A stretch of DNA of 64,000 nucleotides, from contig OY760175.1 of assembly GCA_963663165.1 (NCBI GenBank), positions 6,272,001 to 6,336,000 of the forward strand, in the 5' to 3' direction. The position numbers and the translations under genes were made by a program. Position 1 is the first letter of the stretch, and every line of letters starts with the position of its first letter. Of this stretch, positions 9,466 through 19,117 are shown one piece after another. This DNA comes from an uncultured Desulfospira sp. (GTDB lineage Bacteria > Desulfobacterota > Desulfobacteria > Desulfobacterales > Desulfobacteraceae). The notes beneath the pieces were generated by a model. It was not told where the DNA came from. It ran no database searches and saw only the letters and a list, made by a program, of their open reading frames with translations.

Positions 9466-12339
9466 ATGATTCCATTTGATGAGTTAAAGAACGGCCTTAA
9501 GGGAGACCTTTACCTGGACCTTTACAGGCGAAGGCTTCTGGCCACGGACGGCAGTATTTTTGAACAGATTCCGGCGGCCGTGGCATACCCTAAAAGTACC
9601 CAAGATGTTCAGGCCATTGTTCTGTTTGCCAAAGACCACGGCCTTGCCGTCCATGCCAGGGGGGCAGGATCCGGGGTGTGCGGGGCATCCCTGGGCCGGG
9701 GGATTGTGGTTGATTTTACCAAATACATGAACCGGCTCAACCACCTGGATGTGGAAAACCGCTGGTTTGAATGCGAGCCCGGGTACCGCATGGGCGAGCT
9801 TCTGGCCGCCTTAAATGGAACAGACCTGTTTTTTCCGCCGGATCCGTCATCCGGGGAGTATGCCTCTTTTGGGGGGATGTTTGCCACCAACGCCTCAGGG
9901 GCCCATTCGGTGAAGTACGGGAATGTGGGCGATTACTGCCTGGATGCCACCATTGTGACGGCAGACGGGCAGGCGGTGACCCTGTCCCAAGTGAAGGCCG
10001 TTGAACGGGCGGACCTGTCCCCTAAGTTTCAGGCCCTTTATGATCTGTATGTTGAAAATGCTGAAAAAATTCAGTCGGCCTACCCCCCGGTAAGGCACAA
10101 TTCAACCGGGTATAACCTGCGGCACATGGTGGATGAAAAAGGCCACCTGGACCTTTCCCTGCTTTTCAGCGGTGCCGAGGGAACCCTTGGGATCGTCACG
10201 GGCCTTAAGTTTGCCCTTAAACAAAAAAACAAGCATGACATCCTGATCGTGGCCTATTTTAAGGACATTGTCCCTTCGGCCCGGGCCACCCAGCAGATCC
10301 TTCCCCTGGGCCCGTGCGGGATCGAGATCATGGACCGGTCGCTGCTGGATCTGGCCCGGCAGCGGGACCATAACCTGGACCGGCTGCTGCCCGACGGGGT
10401 TGAGAACCTGCTGCTCATTGCCTTTGACGAACCCCTTCAGGAGACCTGCCGGGACAAGGCCCATGCCGTTAAACAGATTTTAGACAACGAGCAGACCCTC
10501 GGGGATATCCATATTGCCTTTTCAGAGCAGGAAAAGGCTGGATTCTGGAGCATCCGAAAGGCCGCCGTTCCCATCCTTTATAAGATGAAGGGGGGAAAAA
10601 AGGTCCTGCCCCTGATTGAAGATGCCGTGGTGCCCACGGACCGGCTGGTTCCTTATTTTGAGGGGATCTATCGGATTTTAGGGGAGCTCAAGGTTCAGTT
10701 TGTGGTGTTTGGCCATATTGCCAAGGGACTGCTTCATACAAGGCCTCTGCTGAATTTGAAAACCCGGGAAGATACGCTTTTATTAAAGACCATTTCAGAC
10801 CGGATATTTGAGCTGGTCTATTCCCTTGGCGGGGCCATATCCGGGGAACACGGGGACGGAAGGATCAGAAGCGTTTATATCCGGGACCAGTATCCGGATA
10901 TTTTCCCTTTGTTTGAACGGGTAAAAGATACCCTGGACCCGCTAGGACGGTTCAACCCGGACATTATCACTGGTGCTGAACCGGACCCCCCGGCCGGGGA
11001 GAAATCAGAAAATTATCGGTTTTTGCCCTTAAGGTACGGGGACGCATACCGGGCCCAGAACCCTTACGGGCAGGCGTTGTTTCCCCCCGGGGACCTGGTT
11101 CTGGAAATTGAAAAATGCCATGGCTGTTCCAAATGTACCACCGTCACCCATGCCACGCGAATGTGCCCGGTATATAAAGTGTTAAGGGATGAGTCCGCCG
11201 CCCCCAAGGCCAAGGCCAATATCCTGCGAAGCCTTATTTCCGGAAGAATGGGGGCCATGGACCGGCATGTGTATGCCCGGGCACTGTTCCATGTGCTGGA
11301 CCACTGCATCAACTGCGGCTCATGCAGCCATGAATGCCCTTCAGAGGTGGACATCCCCAAAATGGTCCTGGAGGCCAGGGCGGCCTACAAAAAACGGTTC
11401 GGCGTAACCCTTGCCGACCGGATACTGACATCGGCCAGGCAGGGGGCAAGGCTTTCCCGGCCCTTTTCCGGTCTTGCTGCCATTGCCATGGAGAATCCTG
11501 GCTTAAGGCGTCTGGGCGAGAAGGTGGCCGGCATCAGTGCCCGGCGAATCATCAATCCCTTTGACCCAAAGCCCTTGGAAAAAAGACTGCCCTTGAATGA
11601 TGGTAAACCAGGCCCCCGGGTTCTCTACTTTGCCGGATGTTATGCATCCCTGATCCGGCCGGAAATCGGGGAAGCTGCGGCCAAGGTGCTCAATGCCGCA
11701 GGATTCAGCCTGGTGTTTCCCCAGCAGCACTGCTGCGGCCTGCCCATGATCTCCAAAGGCATGGGAAACAAAGCCCTTAAGACCATTGAAAAGAACCTGT
11801 CCCTTTGGCTGGACCAGGCATTGGCCGTGGACCACATCGTCACCACCTGTTCGTCCTGCCTGCTGTCATTAACCCGGTACTGGCCCTGGTTTATGGATTC
11901 AGGGCAGATTCATCCGGATAGCCGAAAAGCCAGAGCCCTGAAGGTTATTCAGGAAAAGACCGTTCACATCTCAACCCTGCTGCTGGATCACAACGCCTCC
12001 CTGAACCTGAACCCCATCACCCTGTCTGTGGCCTACCACACCCCCTGCCATCTTAAGGCCGGCCCCCATGTCGCATCCTCTGTCCGGCTCCTTGAGGCCA
12101 TCCCGGGACTTGTCCTGGACAACATGACCTGCCATTGCTGCGGCATGGCCGGCACCTGGGGCATGATGGCCGAAAACTATGATTTGAGCAGCCGGATCGG
12201 GTCAGACCTGAAAGAATGCCTGAACAATTCCGAAGCCTTGGCCGGGGCTACGGACTGTCCCACCTGCCGCATGCAGATGGAGTCCTTTTCAGATAAACCT
12301 GTTTTTCATCCGGTTGAAATCCTGGCCAGGGGTCTTTGA
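9466..12339 (+). CDS. FAD-linked, Fe-S-containing 2-hydroxyacid dehydrogenase (GlcD+GlcF/YdiJ-like fusion)
   Basis: RGAGSG FAD motif, GAEGTLG, SGEHGDG, CHGCSKC and CINCGSCSHECP, CCG domains. Confidence 0.88.
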   Translation: MIPFDELKNGLKGDLYLDLYRRRLLATDGSIFEQIPAAVAYPKSTQDVQAIVLFAKDHGLAVHARGAGSGVCGASLGRGIVVDFTKYMNRLNHLDVENRWFECEPGYRMGELLAALNGTDLFFPPDPSSGEYASFGGMFATNASGAHSVKYGNVGDYCLDATIVTADGQAVTLSQVKAVERADLSPKFQALYDLYVENAEKIQSAYPPVRHNSTGYNLRHMVDEKGHLDLSLLFSGAEGTLGIVTGLKFALKQKNKHDILIVAYFKDIVPSARATQQILPLGPCGIEIMDRSLLDLARQRDHNLDRLLPDGVENLLLIAFDEPLQETCRDKAHAVKQILDNEQTLGDIHIAFSEQEKAGFWSIRKAAVPILYKMKGGKKVLPLIEDAVVPTDRLVPYFEGIYRILGELKVQFVVFGHIAKGLLHTRPLLNLKTREDTLLLKTISDRIFELVYSLGGAISGEHGDGRIRSVYIRDQYPDIFPLFERVKDTLDPLGRFNPDIITGAEPDPPAGEKSENYRFLPLRYGDAYRAQNPYGQALFPPGDLVLEIEKCHGCSKCTTVTHATRMCPVYKVLRDESAAPKAKANILRSLISGRMGAMDRHVYARALFHVLDHCINCGSCSHECPSEVDIPKMVLEARAAYKKRFGVTLADRILTSARQGARLSRPFSGLAAIAMENPGLRRLGEKVAGISARRIINPFDPKPLEKRLPLNDGKPGPRVLYFAGCYASLIRPEIGEAAAKVLNAAGFSLVFPQQHCCGLPMISKGMGNKALKTIEKNLSLWLDQALAVDHIVTTCSSCLLSLTRYWPWFMDSGQIHPDSRKARALKVIQEKTVHISTLLLDHNASLNLNPITLSVAYHTPCHLKAGPHVASSVRLLEAIPGLVLDNMTCHCCGMAGTWGMMAENYDLSSRIGSDLKECLNNSEALAGATDCPTCRMQMESFSDKPVFHPVEILARGL

Positions 12340-12412
12340 TCCGGGGCCGCCGCCCTAAGGAAACCCTGTTGATAATCCGGCACAGTAATTGGTTATCGGT
12401 TGTAAATTAAAT

Positions 12413-12519
12413 AAAAAACGCAGACCGGAGGAAGGGAGGCGGGAGACCGGATCGCTCATCTTTAGGGGCTTCGCATTCCGGTCTGCGGTCTCCTTTCCTC
12501 CGGTCTCCCTATGTTTTTT
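12413..12519. repeat. REP-like palindromic element, family A
   Basis: Shares GGAGACCGGATCGC...CCGGTCTGCGGTCTCCTTTCCTCCGGTCTCCCT with 7586-7689. Confidence 0.8.
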
Positions 12520-12672
12520 GGAGATCAAATATATTAGCATAAATGAGATTAACCTGGCAGCCAATTTTGTCTTGAATTTTTTTTACGACCTTCTAATATT
12601 TATGTCACATTCTTTTGGTAGAGTATCCTCAATGGTATGACATATTTTTAAAAAAGGGGCATTTCAAAAACC

Positions 12673-13440
12673 ATGGACATCCATGCTGACCTTCACACGC
12701 ACACCCGGTTTTCCGACGGTTCGTCTTCTGTTGATGAGATGGTGCAGGCCTCAATCAAAAAGGGCCTTGCCACGGTTGCCATCACCGACCATATGCCCTT
12801 GCCCTATTCAACCCGGTACGCCATGGACATCAATCAGGTCGCTGAATACAAAAAAGAAATCCGTGATGCCAAAGAAAAATACAGGGACCGGATTCAGGTC
12901 CTTGCCGGGATGGAAATTGAATTTTCCCCTGAGCTTAAAGCCTGGGTTAAATCCATTGTGGACATGGGCTGGGAGTATCTGATAGTATCGGTTCACAGCC
13001 TGTTTAAGCGCGGCAAACCCTGCCTTGTCAACGGCAACCGTCAGGAGTTTGCCAAATCCCTTCATGGCCCCTTCAACAATGATATCAGGGCGGTATGCCG
13101 GCAGTATTTTTTTTATCTTCACCAGGCGTTTGAAACCGGGTGGTTCCAGACCGCCGCCCACCTGGATGTCGTTAAAAAGCACACCAACGGCCTGTTTGCC
13201 GAAAACGAGCCCTGGTACCGGGACCAGGTGCTGGAGACCCTCAAGGTGCTGCAGCGGCAGGACATGAAAATGGAGATCAATACGTCGGGCCTGGACCAGT
13301 CTCCTGAAGCCGCTTACCCAAGCCCCTGGATTATCCGCCAGGCGGAACAGATGGGCATCCCCATGGTGTTAGGATCAGATTCCCACTCCCCGGACACCCT
13401 TGGCCGGTATTTTGACGGGGCGGTGAAAGACCTTGGCTGA
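12673..13440 (+). CDS. PHP-family histidinol-phosphatase (HisJ type)
   Basis: DLHTHT, ITDH, AHLD, EINTSG, GSDSH metal-binding motifs. Confidence 0.85.
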   Translation: MDIHADLHTHTRFSDGSSSVDEMVQASIKKGLATVAITDHMPLPYSTRYAMDINQVAEYKKEIRDAKEKYRDRIQVLAGMEIEFSPELKAWVKSIVDMGWEYLIVSVHSLFKRGKPCLVNGNRQEFAKSLHGPFNNDIRAVCRQYFFYLHQAFETGWFQTAAHLDVVKKHTNGLFAENEPWYRDQVLETLKVLQRQDMKMEINTSGLDQSPEAAYPSPWIIRQAEQMGIPMVLGSDSHSPDTLGRYFDGAVKDLG

Positions 13441-13622
13441 AATCCGGTCCAACGTTCCTTTTCCCCGCTGTTTGATGCGATTGGGATACTGTTTTTTCAT
13501 AATGTTTACGGTTGGGCCACGCTAATGGTTTGAAATGTCTGGGAAAATGGTGATTAGACGGGGTGTGCCGCCTTAATGCCCCTTTTTATGAAAGTCTCAC
13601 TAACGGCCCATGGCCGTTTCCC

Positions 13623-16600
13623 TTAATCTGTTTTGAAACATTTCACGGCATTCATCTGCCGGTCTTTTTTGAGCTGGGTTGCCATTTCATCAGCGGCAAG
13701 GGGTTTGGAATAGTAGTAGCCCTGGATCAGGCCGCAGTTCATGGATTTGAGAACTTCAAGCTGCTCGGCGGTTTCAATGCCTTCGGCAATGACGTTAAGG
13801 TCCAGGTGACGGGCTAAGGTGATAATGGTTCTGGCAATTTCAAAATTCTCATGTTCGTCATTGATGCCGTTAACAAAGGATTTATCCATTTTCAGGTTAT
13901 CTAAAGGAAAATTCTTCAGATAGGCCAGTGAAAAATATCCGGTTCCAAAATCATCAATGGAGATCTTGATGCCGATTTTTTTAAGCCGGTTCAGGTGGCC
14001 AATCACCGACTCGGGTTTTTCAATGACCGCACTTTCCGTGAGTTCAGCCGTCAGGTACTGGGGATCAAGCCCGGATTCTTTCAGGGCATTTTCAATGGTA
14101 TTTTCAAGGTTGTTATAGGTGGCAAACTGCTGGACGGAGATATTGACGCTTACACTCAGCTGCTCCGCGCCCGGGATTTGTGTCTGCCATTGTTTTAATT
14201 TTCGGCAGGCGGTCTCGATTACCCACTGGCCAATGGGCAGGATCATGCCCGTGTCTTCGGCTATGGGAATAAATTCAGACGGCGGGATCAGTCCCTTTAC
14301 GGGATGTTCCCACCGGATCAGGGCTTCAAAACTTTTAATAATCTGGGTTTTGGCGCAGACAACGGGCTGGTAATAGAGGGTAAACTGGTCCCGTTCCAGG
14401 GCCGATTTCAGATCGTTTTCCAGCAGCAGGGCATCCCGGGTCATCTGGTCGAGTTTTTTACTGAACACTTTATACCGGGATTTGCCCGTGGTTTTGGCCC
14501 GGTACATGGCGATGTCCGCATCCCTGAGAATATCCTGGGACCGGCTGTATCTGGAGGTGTTCATCACAATGCCGATACTGGCGCTGACCTTGACCTCATT
14601 GCCTTCAAGGGTAAAGGCCCTGGCGGTTTCGTCCCGGATCCGCCTGGCAATGGTCACAATCTCCTTGGCACTGTCAATATCCTCTAAAAGAACGGCAAAC
14701 TCGTCCCCGCCAAGCCTGGCCACCGTGTCCACCGACCGGACGCAGCCAAGGAACCGCTGGGCCGCTTTGATCAGAAGGTCGTCGCCTGCCGGATGCCCTA
14801 AGGTATCATTGACCCACTTGAACCGGTCAAGGTCAATGAGAAATACAGACGACTGGAGCGTCTCATTTCGCCGCTGCCGTTTAAGGGTGTGCCGGAGCCG
14901 GTCCAGAAAAAGGATCCGGTTGGGAAGTCCGGTCATGCTGTCGTAAAAAGCCTTTCGGTAGAGCTGATTTTCAAGGGCCTTTCGCTTGGTCACGTCCTGA
15001 TACACATAAAAAATGCCCTCAATCAGGTTGTTGACAAAAATCGGGAACGCCAACAGGGAAACCGGGATCAGTTTCCCGGATTTGTGTTGACGCCGGGTTT
15101 CTTTTTCCACTGTCTGGCCTGAGAGAATGGCCTCTTTTATGGTGGCTGTTTCAAAGCTGAGGTTGTCCGGCACAATGATGTCCTCAGGACAGATTCCGGT
15201 TGCGTCTTCGGCGCAATAGCCGAACAGGGTTTCAAACCCCTTGTTGGCCCGGGTGATCAGGCCGTCACCGTCCGTTAGAATCACGGCCTGGGGAGAGCCG
15301 TCAAACAGTTGCTGGAACCGTCCCCCCATTTGCTGTAAGGCCTCCATCATTTTGTTGTACCGGGCCGCGATGACCCCGGTTTCCGTAAACGGATCCACCG
15401 GTACCCGCAGGGAAAGGTCCCCGGTTTTTTCCTGAAGCTGCATGACATGAAAAAAGTCAGCAGATTCCGTTCTGGCACCGTGCTCGGAAATGTTCAGCCC
15501 GATCTCCTCCTCCTCGCTGGATACCCGTAATGGGGTCATCCGGTTGATCTGCCGGATAATGAAAAAGGGAATGACAAAGGCCGTCACAAAGGCGGCAAAA
15601 ATACCGGTGGCCTGGATGGTCAGCTGACCGGTAAAGGTCAGGCCGGTTCCCAGGACCTTGGGATCGCCAAACAGGGCAACGGCCAGGGTGCCCCAGATGC
15701 CGCAGGCCAGATGCACCGGAACGGCACTGACCGCGTCATCAATTTTAAAGTAAAGGAGCAGTTCGTCCACGGCCAGGCAGATGCCGCCGGCAACCATGCC
15801 GATCAATGCGGCCTCAAAGGTGGTTACACAGTGGCAGCAGGCCGTGATGGCCACAAGGCCGCCCAGGGTCCCGTTAATCAGAAATGATATTCTGAATATC
15901 CGGAATATCAGGTATCCCAGCAAAAGGCATAGGGCTGCCCCAAAGGCTGACGCGATGATGGTATTGATAATAATGGCCGGCACCTGTTCGTTCATGGCCA
16001 GGGTGGAGCCTCCGTTAAACCCGATCCAGCCGATCCAGAGCAGCAGGGTCCCGAGAACCGAAAGGGGCAGGTTGCTCCCGCAGATATCAATGGGCTTGCC
16101 GTCAGGCAGGAACCGCCCCTGTCTCGGGCCAATGACAATCAGCACGGCCAGGGCGGTCCAGCCCCCCACACTGTGGACCACCGTGGAACCGGCAAAATCA
16201 ATAAACCCGGCAGCCCCCAGCCAGCCGGCCGGATTCCCGGTCTCAATGCCGTTCCAGGCCCAGTGGCCGAAAAAGGGATAGATAAAGAAGGAGAGCAGAA
16301 CAGCCACCTGCAGATAAGATGAAAATTTGATCCGCTCAGCAACGGCCCCGGAAAAAATGGTGGTGGCGGTGCCGCAGAACATGGTCTGGAACAGAAAAAA
16401 CGAGATGAGGTGAAAATTATGGCCGAATTCCGGCAGAAAATGGGTAGTGCCGACAATGCCTGAGTTTGAAAGGCCGAACATGATGCCGAATCCCACCAGC
16501 CAGAACCCAATGACGGAGAGAACAAAGTCCGCCAAGTTTTTAATGGCCACGTTGATGCTGTTTTTGGGCCTTGTCAGGCCGGATTCAAGGCACATGAACC

Positions 16601-16670
16601 CGGGCTGCATCAAAAAAACCAGAACGGCCGAAACAATGACCCAGAGATTGTCCAGAAGAGAGCTTCCCAT
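13623..16670 (-). CDS. Ammonium transporter (Amt) fused to PAS-GGDEF-EAL
   Basis: Amt motifs MQPGF, DFAGSTVVH, GWIGFNGGS, DDAVSAVPVH; then HAMP-like linker, PAS, RLGGDEF, FEALIRW and DDFGTG. Confidence 0.93.
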   Translation of the reverse strand: MGSSLLDNLWVIVSAVLVFLMQPGFMCLESGLTRPKNSINVAIKNLADFVLSVIGFWLVGFGIMFGLSNSGIVGTTHFLPEFGHNFHLISFFLFQTMFCGTATTIFSGAVAERIKFSSYLQVAVLLSFFIYPFFGHWAWNGIETGNPAGWLGAAGFIDFAGSTVVHSVGGWTALAVLIVIGPRQGRFLPDGKPIDICGSNLPLSVLGTLLLWIGWIGFNGGSTLAMNEQVPAIIINTIIASAFGAALCLLLGYLIFRIFRISFLINGTLGGLVAITACCHCVTTFEAALIGMVAGGICLAVDELLLYFKIDDAVSAVPVHLACGIWGTLAVALFGDPKVLGTGLTFTGQLTIQATGIFAAFVTAFVIPFFIIRQINRMTPLRVSSEEEEIGLNISEHGARTESADFFHVMQLQEKTGDLSLRVPVDPFTETGVIAARYNKMMEALQQMGGRFQQLFDGSPQAVILTDGDGLITRANKGFETLFGYCAEDATGICPEDIIVPDNLSFETATIKEAILSGQTVEKETRRQHKSGKLIPVSLLAFPIFVNNLIEGIFYVYQDVTKRKALENQLYRKAFYDSMTGLPNRILFLDRLRHTLKRQRRNETLQSSVFLIDLDRFKWVNDTLGHPAGDDLLIKAAQRFLGCVRSVDTVARLGGDEFAVLLEDIDSAKEIVTIARRIRDETARAFTLEGNEVKVSASIGIVMNTSRYSRSQDILRDADIAMYRAKTTGKSRYKVFSKKLDQMTRDALLLENDLKSALERDQFTLYYQPVVCAKTQIIKSFEALIRWEHPVKGLIPPSEFIPIAEDTGMILPIGQWVIETACRKLKQWQTQIPGAEQLSVSVNISVQQFATYNNLENTIENALKESGLDPQYLTAELTESAVIEKPESVIGHLNRLKKIGIKISIDDFGTGYFSLAYLKNFPLDNLKMDKSFVNGINDEHENFEIARTIITLARHLDLNVIAEGIETAEQLEVLKSMNCGLIQGYYYSKPLAADEMATQLKKDRQMNAVKCFKTD

Positions 16671-17192
16671 AATTATTTATCCGTCAGGGATTTGGGATAT
16701 GAGATGGGGGACTTGAGGCGGCCTGACCGCTTTTTTAAAAATATCAAGTGCCAGATCAATGCCATTAACTAAAGAAACTTGACAACGCATACAGGGGTAT
16801 AAAATGGGCGCCAACGGCGCTTCCCCCTCTTGTTTCCAGTTTCTCGTATTACCGCTTAAGTTTATGACATTGGGTGCCAGATCCCAGATCCCGTTTCCTT
16901 AAATTTATTGCAGACAGCCTTTAATGAGTTTTTTTTTAAACACTGTCCTTGGTTCCTATGTTAAAACAGGGCCTGTTAACAATACGGAATCCTGTTTCCA
17001 TCTTCTAATAAGCGTGAAGATATATCAGTAATTTAAATAAGAAACAAGGGACCGAGGGCGGAAAACCAGGGCAATCGGATGTAAAAAAACAATCCATCCT
17101 GGAATGGGAAATATTGAATCTCCCGACTGCCGGTTCAAACAGGCGGACCGCTCGCTATCGCTATCGCTATCGGGATCGCTATCGGAAAATAT

Positions 17193-17285
17193 TTATATGA
17201 AAGTCTCACTAACATCCTGAGAAGACATTCATTATTTGTTGTGGCCCCATGCTCGGTTGGATAACCAAGACGGCCCGTGGCCGCT
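17193..17285 (+). repeat. MITE-like dispersed repeat, family B
   Basis: TTATATGAAAG.CTCA...ATTTGTTGTGG...GGTTGGATAACCAAGA...TGGCCG; inverted copy at 24490-24578, internally deleted copy at 13584-13616. Confidence 0.7.
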
Positions 17286-17569
17286 AGTGATGTCCTAAAC
17301 AAAATTTTTGATTTTTACCGCCTTGCCATAAGCTATGGAAATGCCCCGTATTCAGGGATCAGATTTTGAACCCTATTTTTTGGGGCTCTGCCATTTAGGG
17401 CCAAAGGTAATGACGTGCAAACCGAAATCGAAATCGACCTCAAGTCCCCTTCGATAGCGATTCCGATAGCGATAGCGAGGGGCAGGGCAAAACAGTAAGG
17501 ATTCTACATTATCCTTATCATCATAATTGACATCACCGGCAGGCGAGTTACATGCGATCACCCTGGGCG

Positions 17570-17653
17570 GAAAACGGGAAACAGGAGACGGAAATGTGTA
17601 CCCCTTAGGGATGCGTAATATCCGGTCTGCGGTCTCCTTTTTTCCGTTTCCGT
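17570..17653. repeat. REP-like element, family A (core inverted), just after the RND operon
   Basis: CCGGTCTGCGGTCTCCTTT arm; core CCCCTTAGGGATGCG is the approximate reverse complement of the core in 7586-7689. Confidence 0.65.
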
Positions 17654-19117
17654 CTATTTACTGATCTGGCCTCCGCCCATGGTTTTGTACAGGTTGATCA
17701 GGTTGCTTGAAAACGCCTGCTTTAAAACGATCTCCCCTTGCTGGGCGGAGAACAGGGACCGCTGGGCATCAAGGACCGCTAAAAAATCATCCACCCCGTT
17801 GTCGTACCGGGCCCTGGACAGGGTGTAGGCCTTTCGGGCGGCATCCACCAGGGCCTTCTGGGCATTGAGCTGATCCTTGTAGGTCTTGCGGGCTGCCAGT
17901 TCATCGGCCACCTCCTTAAAGGCGGTCTGGAGGGTGCCTTCATACTGGGCCGCAGCGATTTTTTCATCCACGGTGGCGGCATCCAGGGCGGCATTGAGCC
18001 CTTCCCGGTTGAAAATGGGAATGGACAGGGCCGGGGAAAAGGCCCAGGAGCGGCTCTCGGACACATTGAACAAACCCGAAAGACTCTGGCTGGCAAGCCC
18101 TAGGGAGCCGGTCAGGCTGATGGTGGGATACAGGGCTGCCCGGGCCGCCCCGATATCGGCATTGGCGGCCTTGAGACGGTGTTCGGCAGCCATGACATCG
18201 GGCCTGGCCAGAAGAATCCGGGAGGGCAGGCCTGCGGGCAGGTCTTCCAGAAAAGCAATGTCTTCAATGGTGGCCGGTGAATGGATCAGATCCCGGACCT
18301 GTGATCCGGCCAGGAGGACCAGGGCGTTTTCCGCCTGGGCCGCCAGCCGTTTGTACTGATAGATGGATGCCAAAGCGCTCTGGGTGGAGGTGGCGGCCTG
18401 GGCCAGGGAGATCTGGTCCGAGGTGCCGGCCTCGACCTCCCGCTGCACCATATCATAGGTCTTTTTCTGGGCCTCGTAGGTGTCCTTTGCCAGTTCCAGC
18501 AGTTTTTGCTGGGTCAAAAGGGCCACATAGGCATCAGCGGTCTGGGCGATGAGGGCGATGCGGGTGCTTGCTGCGGCATCCCGGGTGGCCAGATAGGTTT
18601 CTAGAGCACTCTGGCTCAAGCTTTTGATCCGGCCGAAAAAATCCAGTTCATAGGCGGTGATGCCAAGGCCCACGCTCATGATGGCGTCCGTGGTATAAGC
18701 CGTCCCCATGCTGCTGTTGTCCTTGGCAATCCCCTGGCGGTTGACACCGGCGCTGCCGGTGACCACCGGCAGTTTACCGGCCTCCTGGATCCGGTAAGCG
18801 GCCTTTGCCCGTTCAATATTGAGCAGGGCCACCCGAAGATCCCGGTTGTTTTCAAGGGCAAGGCCGATGATGCGGCAGAGGGTCTCGGACAAAAAATAGT
18901 CCTGCCATGCCGTATCCGCGGCATTTTGACCGGAAGCCGCTGTGGCGCTTCCTTGGGCATTTGAAGGCCAGGCCTCCTCAACGGGCAGTTCCGGCCGCTG
19001 ATATTCCGGGATAAAGGAGCAGCCGGCGGTAAAGAGAAGCATACCGGCAAAAACAGTCGAAAGGACCCTGATGGGAAGCACCGGCAGGTGCCGGGGCCTG
19101 TAATGGTTATTGGACAT
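17654..19117 (-). CDS. RND efflux outer-membrane lipoprotein (OprM/NodT family)
   Basis: Lipobox [42 protein letters not shown]. Confidence 0.93.
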   Translation of the reverse strand: MSNNHYRPRHLPVLPIRVLSTVFAGMLLFTAGCSFIPEYQRPELPVEEAWPSNAQGSATAASGQNAADTAWQDYFLSETLCRIIGLALENNRDLRVALLNIERAKAAYRIQEAGKLPVVTGSAGVNRQGIAKDNSSMGTAYTTDAIMSVGLGITAYELDFFGRIKSLSQSALETYLATRDAAASTRIALIAQTADAYVALLTQQKLLELAKDTYEAQKKTYDMVQREVEAGTSDQISLAQAATSTQSALASIYQYKRLAAQAENALVLLAGSQVRDLIHSPATIEDIAFLEDLPAGLPSRILLARPDVMAAEHRLKAANADIGAARAALYPTISLTGSLGLASQSLSGLFNVSESRSWAFSPALSIPIFNREGLNAALDAATVDEKIAAAQYEGTLQTAFKEVADELAARKTYKDQLNAQKALVDAARKAYTLSRARYDNGVDDFLAVLDAQRSLFSAQQGEIVLKQAFSSNLINLYKTMGGGQISK

